Assembly: GCA_025057205.1 (NCBI GenBank)
Contig: JANWXR010000004.1
Location: forward strand, 1-34,830
Source of the DNA: Anaerolineales bacterium
GTDB taxonomy: Bacteria; Chloroflexota; Anaerolineae; Anaerolineales; UBA6663
Direction of reading: 5' to 3'
Length of the DNA stretch: 34,830 nucleotides
In this document: one piece after another, positions 1 to 7,963 of the stretch
Layout of the letters: every line of letters starts with the position of its first letter
Position numbering within the stretch: position 1 is the first letter of the stretch
Program-made: the position numbers and the translations under genes
Notes under the pieces: model-generated
What the model saw: the letters and a program-made list of their open reading frames with translations, nothing else
The model's database searches: none
What the model was told of the DNA's origin: nothing

Positions 1-1789
1 CGTTGCCCGAGTCCGCCACTTTGATGTCGAGGAACGCGCCCTGCGGCCCGCGGTCGGCGGCCTGCAGGCTAATGGTGAGATGCCCGCCGGTGGGCATGGC
101 CTGGATGGCGTTCTCGATCAGGTTGACGAACACGCGCTCCAGCAGGCCGGCATCGGCCAGCACGAGCGGGCATTCGGTGGGGACATGCAGGGCGCGGATG
201 ATGTTGCGCTGCTGGAGTTTGGCGCTCCAGCGGCTCAGCAGCCGTTCGAGCATCGGGCGCAGGTCGGTGAGCCGGAGCTTCGGCTCGATGGGCTTGGTCC
301 AGGCCAGCATGTTGTTCATCAGCTCGGAGAGGCGCGTCGCCTCGGCCTGTATCTTGGCGAGCGACGGTTGCAGCGGGTCATCCTCGCTCAGTCGAGAGGC
401 GATGAACTGTACCCCCATCGAGATGTTGTTGAGCGGTGCACGTACTTCGTGCGCAAAGGCGGCGGTGGATTGGCCGATGTAGGCCAGATGGTCGAGTTGT
501 TCGCGTTTCAGCTCTTCGGCGCGCAATTGCGAGAGGTCGCTCAGCACCACGACGCAGCCGCCCGCCGGCGGAGGCAACGGCCGGATGCGCAGCATCACCG
601 GTAGGGCCTCGCCGTTGCGTCGGTGCACTTCGCCCTCCTTCTCGTCAGGCATGGCCGGATCGTTGAGGGCGGCCTGTAGCACACGCGCCAGCGTTTCGTC
701 GGGGGAGAGCACGTCCTCCACCTTCAGGCCGATCACGTCTTCCGGGCGATAGCCGAGCATACGGGCGGCTGCCGGATTAAGTTCGTCCACTGCGCCGGAA
801 GCATTGACGAAGAAGATGCCTTCGCTCACCTGGCTGTGAAGAGCCGAGAGCTGGTTGGTGAGGACGTAGGTCAGCCGTTGTGCGTCGAGCAGGCGCGCGT
901 GCCGCGCTACCTGGCGAATGAGCTGCATGAGGTGGCACGCGGCCACTTCAAGATAAGGCGCGGCAGCAAGAGGCGGCGGGCTGCCCACCTGATAGGCGAG
1001 GAACAGCACGCCCATCGGCGTCGGCGCTTTGCCCAGCGGCTGAGCGATGAGGTGCGCCCAGCCGGCGGCGCGAAACGCTTGGGCCAGTGGGTTGTCGGCG
1101 CGTTGCGTGCTGTTCCAGGTCAGCGGGGATTTGAGCGGGCCGGCCTGCTCCGCCGGCAGGCTGAGTGGAACCTGGCGTGGCAGGTTGTGGCGGAGCTCCA
1201 ACCGGAGTTCGCCGCTTTCCGGCAGGGTTTGGTACAGGCCGGCGGCATCGGCGCTGAAGGCGGCGGCCACGCGCTCCAACGCCGGCGGCAGCACCTCGGC
1301 GGTCGGCGCGTCGAACAGTTCCAACACCAGATGCAGGTGTCGGATGAGATGTTCATGGCGTGCCTTCTCCAGCTCCTGCGCCTGGCGCGCCTCCGTGGGC
1401 GTGGCCTGCGCCAGCACCAGGACTTCGCCGCCGTCGTCGAAGGCCGAGATGCGAATGTCCATCGGCAGCGGCCGGTCACCGTGAGTGAGCACGGGCACGG
1501 CCAGCAGCTGGCGGACATTGCCCGGTTGCAAGTTGTGAAACGTCTCCAACGCTTCGGGCGACAGGATGAACTCGGCCAGCGCGCATTTGAGCAGTTCTTC
1601 GCGCGTCCAGCCGGTGAGGGCGATGGCGCGGCTGTTGATGGTGACGAACTGACCGGTGCGCGGCACGACCACCCAGGCCGCGCTCGGCATCTGCTCGATG
1701 ACGTGCTGCAAGCGCGTGGCGTAATTGCGTGGCGGGAAGAGCGCGCGCAGCGGATTGAGCGGCCTGGTCCTTAGGGAGGCAGAACTCAT
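1..1789 (-). CDS. PAS-GAF-PAS sensor histidine kinase (NtrB-like); 3' end runs off the window
   Basis: Not in the ORF track; translated by hand. ATG at 1789 overlaps the rpoN stop (ATGA). MSSASLRTRPLNPLRALFPPRNYATRLQHVIEQMPSAAWVV..INSRAIALTGWTREELL (PAS); second PAS ELNPAAARMLGYRPEDVIG; H-box IGQSTAAFAHEVRAPLNNI; N-box LERVFVNLIENAIQAM; G1 begins at VADSGN at the window edge. Confidence 0.92.
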   Translation of the reverse strand, partial: MSSASLRTRPLNPLRALFPPRNYATRLQHVIEQMPSAAWVVVPRTGQFVTINSRAIALTGWTREELLKCALAEFILSPEALETFHNLQPGNVRQLLAVPVLTHGDRPLPMDIRISAFDDGGEVLVLAQATPTEARQAQELEKARHEHLIRHLHLVLELFDAPTAEVLPPALERVAAAFSADAAGLYQTLPESGELRLELRHNLPRQVPLSLPAEQAGPLKSPLTWNSTQRADNPLAQAFRAAGWAHLIAQPLGKAPTPMGVLFLAYQVGSPPPLAAAPYLEVAACHLMQLIRQVARHARLLDAQRLTYVLTNQLSALHSQVSEGIFFVNASGAVDELNPAAARMLGYRPEDVIGLKVEDVLSPDETLARVLQAALNDPAMPDEKEGEVHRRNGEALPVMLRIRPLPPPAGGCVVVLSDLSQLRAEELKREQLDHLAYIGQSTAAFAHEVRAPLNNISMGVQFIASRLSEDDPLQPSLAKIQAEATRLSELMNNMLAWTKPIEPKLRLTDLRPMLERLLSRWSAKLQQRNIIRALHVPTECPLVLADAGLLERVFVNLIENAIQAMPTGGHLTISLQAADRGPQGAFLDIKVADSGN

Positions 1790-3237
1790 TCGGCGTAGGC
1801 GGTCATTGGCGCCAGGGCTGCGGCTCGCGCACGGGCCAGACCGCGCAGGTGTGCAGGAAGGATGCCGAGCATGTTGCGGTACTTCGCCACGGTGCGCCGC
1901 GCTACGTGGACGCCCTCCTCCGCCAGGCGGGCGGCGATTTCGTCGTCGGTCAGTGGGTGCGTCTCCGCTTCGATGATGCGGCGCACCTGGTCGCGCACGG
2001 AGAGGCTGCGGTCGAAGAACTTGGCCAGCGGCACGATGCGACCGCTGGGCAGGGCGATGGATTTGCCTGCCACCGCCCGCGAGATGGTTGACTCGTGAAC
2101 GCCGAGGGCGCGCGCGACGCGCGAGCGGGTGAGCGGGCGCAGATCGCCGTCTCCACCCAAGATGAAATCGCGCTGTTCGGTGGCAATCACCTCCATCAAC
2201 CGGCGCAGGGTGTGATTGCGCTGTTGTAGGCACTTGGTAATCAGGGCTGCGCGCTCCACAGCCTGCGCCCACTTCTCGCGCTCTTCGTCGCCGGCGAAGG
2301 CGGTGTTCTCCTGGAGTGCCGCCTTGAATTGGGGGTTGACGCGCAGCCAGCCGGAGAGCGGTGTGCTAATCTCCACCATGAGGGCTTTGCTGTGCCGCAT
2401 CTGCGAGATGGTGATGTCGGGTTCGCGGTAGCCGACCACGTCCTCATGCGGGAGTTTGCCTTCGCCCCAGAAGGCGCGGGCCGGGTAGGGCGTCAGGTTG
2501 CGCTGGATGAATTGCGCAGCCTGCGTGGCGAGCGCCGGCGGAATGCGCAGGGCGCGCGCCAGCCGTGCGTAATCCTGCCGCGCCAGCGCGTCCAGGTGAT
2601 GCTCGATGATGTGCCGGGCCGGCGTTGCCAGCGCGGCGGGGCAGGCCCCGGCCTCCACCAGCGAGTCGAGCTGGATGAGCAGCGACTCCTGCCGGGTGCG
2701 CGCGCCCACGCCGGGCGGGTCGGCGCGCTGAATCAGGCCGAGCACACGCTCGACGGCAGACGGCGGCACGCGCAGGTAGGCGGCGGCCTCGGCAAGCGGC
2801 TCATCGAAGAATCCGTCCTCATCCAGCCGGGCCAGCAAGTAAGCGGCGATCGGCCGCTCGTGCGGCTCGAGCATCGGCGCAATCTGGCGCAGCAGATGCT
2901 CTTCCAGCCGCTCCTGTTGGCGGGCTTCCAGGTCGGTATCGCGTTCCTCGCCATCCGAGGCGTTCCGCCCGCCGCTGGGCTGCCGGGGCGAGAGGAAAAC
3001 CACGGGCAGGTCATCCTCGCGCGGCGCGGCGCAGGTGGGGCAGGGCAAGCGGGTGAGTCGCTTGTTGCACTGCGGGCAACGCAGCTCTTCGACCAGCTCG
3101 AGAGCCGGGTTTTTGTTGAGTTCGTTGCGTAGGGCCGCCTCCAGCTCCGTCGTGGACATGTGGAGGAAGGTCATGGTTTGAGCCAGGTGAGCGGTGGTCT
3201 GCGGACGAAGTTCGTGGAAGGCGCGGTGACTGAGCAT
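1786..3237 (-). CDS. rpoN: RNA polymerase sigma-54 factor
   Basis: RpoN box ARRTVAKYR, HTH VARALGVHESTISRAV, NPALE, DPPGVGAR and region-I-like TAHLAQTMTFLHMSTTEL. Start moved from the ORF-track 3339 to ATG 3237 (MLSHRAF..), which lies downstream of the -24/-12 site. Confidence 0.96.
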   Translation of the reverse strand: MLSHRAFHELRPQTTAHLAQTMTFLHMSTTELEAALRNELNKNPALELVEELRCPQCNKRLTRLPCPTCAAPREDDLPVVFLSPRQPSGGRNASDGEERDTDLEARQQERLEEHLLRQIAPMLEPHERPIAAYLLARLDEDGFFDEPLAEAAAYLRVPPSAVERVLGLIQRADPPGVGARTRQESLLIQLDSLVEAGACPAALATPARHIIEHHLDALARQDYARLARALRIPPALATQAAQFIQRNLTPYPARAFWGEGKLPHEDVVGYREPDITISQMRHSKALMVEISTPLSGWLRVNPQFKAALQENTAFAGDEEREKWAQAVERAALITKCLQQRNHTLRRLMEVIATEQRDFILGGDGDLRPLTRSRVARALGVHESTISRAVAGKSIALPSGRIVPLAKFFDRSLSVRDQVRRIIEAETHPLTDDEIAARLAEEGVHVARRTVAKYRNMLGILPAHLRGLARARAAALAPMTAYAE

Positions 3238-3294
3238 AATGCCTGGCAGTTTAGCCGTGAGTATAAACTTGGTTAGGATGCCGGTCAACGCTGA

Positions 3295-3311
3295 TGCAAG
3301 TTGTGTGCCAG
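3295..3311 (-). promoter_or_regulatory. sigma-54 (-24/-12) promoter upstream of rpoN
   Basis: Minus strand reads CTGGCACACAACTTGCA, i.e. TGGCAC-N5-TTGCA with exact GG-N10-GC spacing, 57 nt upstream of the rpoN ATG. Confidence 0.85.
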
Positions 3312-3459
3312 GCGACCGAACCAAGAAAGACGGGAGCATTTCAGATTATTGGCCGCCCCTTCGACTACAACCCGCAAAGGCAGCGGGCCTCCGTTCAGAG
3401 TGCAGCCCGGCCAAAAAATAGAAATGCACCCAGAAAGACCGCACCAGCTTGAGAGGGTT

Positions 3460-3837
3460 GACGGCGAAGTTACCGACGGGTTGACCATCCGAGTCGTGCA
3501 GGTCGGAGCCTGGCCCGCTGTTGGCATCCGGCGTGGTCAGGGTGTAGCGCGGGGTGGTGAGAGCGGCCTGCGTCAGATCAATGCATCGGCGGTTACCAGG
3601 ACGTCAGCAATGCCGGTATCAATTGCCGTTTCGAGCGTGCCGCTGCCATTGGCAATGTTACTGTCGTGTCGCGGCGGCCGTTGCTGTTGTAATCGTGATA
3701 GATGACCTCCGGTGAGCGTGCCAGCGGGTCTGCGCCGAGGGGACCGCAAGCGAAAAGTTGAGTAGTACGAGTGCCTGAAGTAAGGCCAGTCCAAGGCGAC
3801 TCAGTCGTCTGGCCTGACTGTTGGCGGGTGTGTTCAT
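3460..3837 (-). pseudogene. Frameshifted, internally deleted remnant of a secreted SdrD B-like (Cna-B/Ig-like) repeat protein
   Basis: Signal-peptide-like MNTPANSQARRLSRLGLALLQALVLLNFSLAVPSAQ, then across frameshifts GTLTG/VIYHDYNSNGRRDT/NIANGSGTLETAIDTGIADVLVTA and IDLTQAALTTPRYTLTTPDANSGPGSDLHDSDGQPVGNFAV. These resemble the DxNxNG..D..GxxxVxV and DSDG motifs of SdrD_B domains. Confidence 0.7.
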
Positions 3838-3933
3838 AGAGTCCCCAGAGGGCCGATTCGTTTGTGTCACCTGCGGGTGATGCTCATCATATAAAAGCAG
3901 CCTGCAGAGGCAAACGGCCTGGCTAGCCGCAGG

Positions 3934-3970
3934 AACAAAAAGGCCTGGCAGGCAAAAGCCTGCCAGGCTT
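3934..3970 (-). terminator. Intrinsic terminator after the receiver gene
   Basis: Perfect 11-bp stem GCCTGGCAGGC-AAAA-GCCTGCCAGGC (3943-3968), followed on the minus strand by TTTTTGTT. Confidence 0.85.
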
Positions 3971-3984
3971 TGGGATCGTGAGGG

Positions 3985-4401
3985 TTACAGCGCCGGATTC
4001 TCCACCGGCGCAGCGCCTGACTGTGGCCGTGCAACCTGCCGGATCACCGCCGCCAGCTCATCCAAGGCCTGATGTTTTGAAACAAAGGCAGCTGCGCCGG
4101 CCTCCCGGGCGCGGCTTTGCAGAAACTCGTCGTCGTACAGGCTGAGGATAATGACGGCGCTCTGCGGAGCAACGGCATGCAGTGCGCTGGTCGCCGCCAG
4201 GCCGTCCAGGCGCGGCATATCAATATCCATCAGTACAATGTCGGGCTGAAGCTGCCTCACCAGTTGCAGCGCCGACTCACCGTCTTCCGCTTCACCGACA
4301 ATGTGCATGTCCGGTTCGGCGCCCAGCCACGAACCGACGGCTTGGCGAATAACAGGTTGGTCATCCACGAGAAGAACACGGATCGCGTCCGAAGAGTCCA
4401 C
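3985..4401 (-). CDS. Stand-alone response regulator receiver (NarL/FixJ-type receiver without HTH)
   Basis: IRVLLVDDQ..GEAEDG..PDIVLMDIDMPRLDGL..LSLY..AGAAAFVSK, ending shortly after the receiver. Likely start is GTG 4401, preceded by GGTGGA. Confidence 0.9.
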   Translation of the reverse strand: MDSSDAIRVLLVDDQPVIRQAVGSWLGAEPDMHIVGEAEDGESALQLVRQLQPDIVLMDIDMPRLDGLAATSALHAVAPQSAVIILSLYDDEFLQSRAREAGAAAFVSKHQALDELAAVIRQVARPQSGAAPVENPAL

Positions 4402-4521
4402 GGTTCCACCATTCAGGGTTGACTCCCGCCGAGTGTATACTGTTCGCGCTATCCTTGCCATCCCGCTCTAGGCCTACCTGTTTTTTGTAAATCAGTCTCT
4501 CTGAAATAGGAGCGCACTCCT

Positions 4522-5544
4522 ATGCGCGTTTGGTTCTCCGAGCGCCATCGCCGCCATGCCACCGACCCGATCCGCTTTCATGATGAGCCCTATGCTGAAG
4601 TCCCCGCTCGGGCCGAGCGCATTCGTACAGCGTTGCTGGCGGGTGGATTTACTGACTGGGCCGAGCCTGCCGATCATGGTCAGGCGCCGCTTCTGGCCGT
4701 GCACACTCCTGGCCTGCTCGAGTTCCTCCAGACGATTTATCCTGCCAGCCGGGGTCTGCGCCCGGCTACCGCTTTCTTTCAGGCCGATACTTTCGCAACC
4801 CGCAGTGCGCGCCGCCGCTCGCCGCATCCGTGGGCGCAGGTTGGTTACTACGCCTTCGATATCGAAGCGCCGTTCCTCGAAGGGACGTGGGAGGCCGCTT
4901 ACTGGTCTGCCCAGTGCGCGCTCAGCGCCGCCGACGCCGTGCTCGCCGGCGAATGCGCCGCCTACGCGCTCTGCCGCCCGCCCGGCCATCATGCCCTGGC
5001 CGATCAAATCGGTGGCTTTTGCTACCTGAACAACGCCGCCATCGCCGCGCGCTATCTGCAACAGGGCCGGCCGACTCGCGTTGCCATTTTGGACGTGGAC
5101 TATCATCACGGCAACGGCACGCAGGAAATCTTCTACGCCGACCCGACTGTTTTCTTTGTCTCGCTGCACGCTCACCCCGATATCGAGTACCCGTTCTTCT
5201 GGGGAGGGGCGGAGGAGCGTGGCGAAGGGCCGGGCGCGGGCTTCAACCTGAACCTGCCGCTGCCGCAGGGCACGGGCGATGCCGAATATCTTGCGGCGCT
5301 CGATCAGGCGTTAGCCGCCATCCGCGACTACGCGCCGCGCTACCTTGTCGTCTCGCTGGGGCTGGACATTGCGCAGGGCGACCCGGCTTCGCTGGCCGGC
5401 TTTGCTGTAACTACTGCCGGCTTTCGCGCCATCGGCGAGCGGATTGCGGCGTTGGAGCTGCCGACGCTGATCGTGCAGGAGGGCGGCTATCGGCTGGACA
5501 CGCTGGGTGAGAACGCCGTTGCCTTTCTGCGGGCTTTCCGCTGA
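4522..5544 (+). CDS. Histone deacetylase family protein (acetylpolyamine amidohydrolase-like)
   Basis: RPPGHHA, GGFCYLNNAA, DVDYHHGNGTQ, SLH, SLGLD and QEGGY motifs; AGGAG RBS. Confidence 0.95.
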   Translation: MRVWFSERHRRHATDPIRFHDEPYAEVPARAERIRTALLAGGFTDWAEPADHGQAPLLAVHTPGLLEFLQTIYPASRGLRPATAFFQADTFATRSARRRSPHPWAQVGYYAFDIEAPFLEGTWEAAYWSAQCALSAADAVLAGECAAYALCRPPGHHALADQIGGFCYLNNAAIAARYLQQGRPTRVAILDVDYHHGNGTQEIFYADPTVFFVSLHAHPDIEYPFFWGGAEERGEGPGAGFNLNLPLPQGTGDAEYLAALDQALAAIRDYAPRYLVVSLGLDIAQGDPASLAGFAVTTAGFRAIGERIAALELPTLIVQEGGYRLDTLGENAVAFLRAFR

Positions 5545-5577
5545 GTGAGCGCTCGGCGCAAGGCGAGTTGCTTCTTT

Positions 5578-5770
5578 ACCGCAGAGCGCGCCGAGTGCGT
5601 GGAGATATGACAATAAAGAACGCTGCGCTCTCGTAACTGCTCAGCTGTCCTGATTTATCCGCAGATTACGTAGCTTTTCGCAGAGGCAATCTGTGACCAT
5701 CTGTGACATCTGTGGATTCTTTTCAACGGCTGGAAGCCGTTGCCTGAGCAGTTACGCGCTCTCTTCGGTT
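5578..5770. repeat. Nonamer-periodic palindromic REP-like element interrupted by a MITE
   Basis: ACCGCAGAG CGCGCCGAG TGCGTGGAG ... CTGCGCTCTC[insert]GCGCTCTCTTCGGT; the arms are imperfect inverted repeats. Confidence 0.65.
5633..5755. mobile_element. MITE-A copy 1 (123 bp; 12-bp TIR; 8-bp TSD)
   Basis: GTAACTGCTCAG (5633-5644) ... CTGAGCAGTTAC (5744-5755) is a perfect inverted repeat, flanked by direct repeat GCGCTCTC (5625-5632 and 5756-5763). Internal palindromes ATCCGCAGAT..ATCTGTGGAT and CAACGGC-TGGAA-GCCGTTG. Confidence 0.9.
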
Positions 5771-5794
5771 AGCCCCTCGCCGTAGACTCAAGGA

Positions 5795-5800
5795 TATAAT
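5795..5800 (+). promoter_or_regulatory. -10 box, probable leaderless promoter of the mshA-like gene
   Basis: TATAAT followed by 8 nt and then ATG 5809; no SD in between. Confidence 0.55.
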
Positions 5801-5808
5801 TCCCCGCG

Positions 5809-7173
5809 ATGCGCATCGCCATGCTTTCTTATCACACCTGTCCGCTGGCCACGCTCGGCGGCAAAGACACCGGCGGCATGAACGTCTACGTGCGCGACCT
5901 GACGCGCGAACTGGGACGGCGCGGCCTGCGCGTGGACGTGTTCACCCGCTCTCAGGACGAGCATCAGCCGCACGTCAAAGAAGAGCTGGGCTACGGCAAC
6001 CGCGTCATCCACATCCCGGCCGGGCCGGAAGTGCCGCTGCCCAGAGAAATCCTCTACCAGCACGTTCCCGAGTTCGTCGGCGGCGTGCGCGAGTTTGCGC
6101 GTGCCAACGACCTGCACTACGACGTGATCCACGCCCACTATTGGCTCTCCGGCGTGGCGGCCCGCAGCTTGCGTGAGACTTGGCACATCCCGTTCGTGCT
6201 GATGTTCCATACCCTCGGCCACATGAAGAACCGCGTTGCACAAAGCGAGGCCGAACGCGAGGGCGCGCTGCGCGTGCAGGTGGAGACCGAGCTGATGGCC
6301 CAGGCCGACCGCCTGATTGCAGCGACACCGGCAGAGATTGCACAAATGCAATGGCTCTACGGCGCCGACATCAGCCGCGCCGTCGTCATCCCGCCCGGCG
6401 TGGATTTGAACCTCTTTTATCCGCGCCCGGCCAACGTGGCGAAGCAACGCATCGGCGTGGACCCCGACCGCATCCTGCTCCTCTTCGTCGGGCGCATCGA
6501 GCCGCTCAAGGGCCTGGAGACTCTGCTGCGCGCGCTGGCCGTTCTCAAGGAGCGCGGCGTCTGCCAGTGCAACCAGCTGGCGCTCTCCATCATCGGCGGC
6601 GACCCGGAGGAAGATGCCGCCCAGCGCAATGCAGAGATGGAGCGCATCAAGGCCCTGCGCAGCCGGCTCGGCCTGGAGGGGATGGTGACCTTCCTGGGCA
6701 AACAGGATCAGGACACGCTACCCGATTACTATTCCGCCGCCGACGCCGTCGTGATGCCGTCGCACTACGAGTCCTTCGGGATGGTGGCGCTGGAGGCGAT
6801 GGCCTGCGGTACACCCGTCATCGCCTCCGAAGTGGGCGGGTTGGCCTTCCTGGTCAAGGACGGCGAGACAGGTTTCCACGTGCCGGACCGCGACCCGGAG
6901 GCGCTGGCCGACCGCATCTGCGACATCATCACCGACCCGCTGCTGCGCGCGAAACTGGGCGGCCAGGCGGCGGAGTACGCGCGCAGTTACTGCTGGCCGC
7001 TCATCGCCGATAAAATCATCGCAGTTTATCGCGAACTACACACAGGCCGTGCACCGGCCTGGCTGGAGCGAAGAGGCAAGGCGCACGATGGTGCCGCCCT
7101 TACCAGCGAAACAGCCTCCGCATCACCCGATCCCACACCGCGTCCGGCAGGAAACGGCGCAGCAGTATATTGA
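5809..7173 (+). CDS. mshA: MshA-like GT4 glycosyltransferase (D-inositol-3-phosphate glycosyltransferase family)
   Basis: MRIAMLSYHTCPLATLGGKDTGGMNVYV, HAHYWLSG, MFHTLG, FVGRIEPLKG and PSHYESFGMVALEAMACG match the MshA subfamily; substrate not proven. Confidence 0.8.
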   Translation: MRIAMLSYHTCPLATLGGKDTGGMNVYVRDLTRELGRRGLRVDVFTRSQDEHQPHVKEELGYGNRVIHIPAGPEVPLPREILYQHVPEFVGGVREFARANDLHYDVIHAHYWLSGVAARSLRETWHIPFVLMFHTLGHMKNRVAQSEAEREGALRVQVETELMAQADRLIAATPAEIAQMQWLYGADISRAVVIPPGVDLNLFYPRPANVAKQRIGVDPDRILLLFVGRIEPLKGLETLLRALAVLKERGVCQCNQLALSIIGGDPEEDAAQRNAEMERIKALRSRLGLEGMVTFLGKQDQDTLPDYYSAADAVVMPSHYESFGMVALEAMACGTPVIASEVGGLAFLVKDGETGFHVPDRDPEALADRICDIITDPLLRAKLGGQAAEYARSYCWPLIADKIIAVYRELHTGRAPAWLERRGKAHDGAALTSETASASPDPTPRPAGNGAAVY

Positions 7174-7939
7174 GCGTGGTGCGGAAGGGGAACGAATAGC
7201 GGGCGCGCGGATGCGGGGTCATGAGGATTCGCTCAACGAGCGCCGCGAACTGCTCCGGCGGGAATCCCTCGCGAGCGGTGGCCTCTGCCAGCTGCGCGTA
7301 GCGCGCAATCAGCCCGCGATATGCTTCCGCCCTGCCGCCCGTGTACAGCGCCCGCGCGTTCTGCTCGCCGGCCTTCCAGATGGCCGTCGGGCTGCCGCCC
7401 GGCTCGATCACCACCACTTTCACTCCAAACGGCGCCAGCTCCAGCCGTAGCGAATCGCTCAGGGCCTCCAAAGCAAACTTGCTGGCGTGGTAGGCGCCCG
7501 TCACCGGGAACGCCATCCGCCCGCCCATGCTCGAAACATTGAGGATAGTTCCGCGCGCCGCCTTGAGCAGCGGTAGCAGCGCCTGCGTCACCGCCACCTG
7601 CGCGACGACGTTGATCTCCAGCTGCGCGCGCAGGTCGGCCAGCGGCAGGATTTCGAGCGGGCCGGGGTAGGCCGTGCCGGCGTTGTTGAGCAGCGCGTCG
7701 AGGGACGGCGCGAGCGCAGCCGCCGTGCGGCCCAGCTCCGCCACCTGCGCGTCGTCGGTGATGGCGCAGACCAGCGGCTCCAGCGTGATGTTTTTCTGCA
7801 ACGCTTCGGCGCGCAGGCTCTCTGCATCGAAGGCTTTGCGCACTACGGCCAGAACGCGCCAGCCGCGCTGCGCGAGATGAAGCGCCGTCGCTCGCCCAAA
7901 CCCTGAAGAACAACCCGTAATCAGAATCGTTCCGGTCAT
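7100..7939 (-). CDS. Short-chain dehydrogenase/reductase (17beta-HSD-like SDR)
   Basis: TGCSSGFG, NNAG, catalytic S..YHASK, VIEPG. Confidence 0.95.
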   Translation of the reverse strand: MTGTILITGCSSGFGRATALHLAQRGWRVLAVVRKAFDAESLRAEALQKNITLEPLVCAITDDAQVAELGRTAAALAPSLDALLNNAGTAYPGPLEILPLADLRAQLEINVVAQVAVTQALLPLLKAARGTILNVSSMGGRMAFPVTGAYHASKFALEALSDSLRLELAPFGVKVVVIEPGGSPTAIWKAGEQNARALYTGGRAEAYRGLIARYAQLAEATAREGFPPEQFAALVERILMTPHPRARYSFPFRTTLNILLRRFLPDAVWDRVMRRLFRW

Positions 7940-7963
7940 TCGCCCTCATTGCCTCCGTTTCCC

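Noticed and set aside
3238-3339. ORF-track N-terminal extensions (rpoN; also 4461, 13216, 16238, 28408, 33240)
   Set aside because: They overlap promoters or neighbouring genes and lack family similarity; downstream starts fit RBS or homology better.
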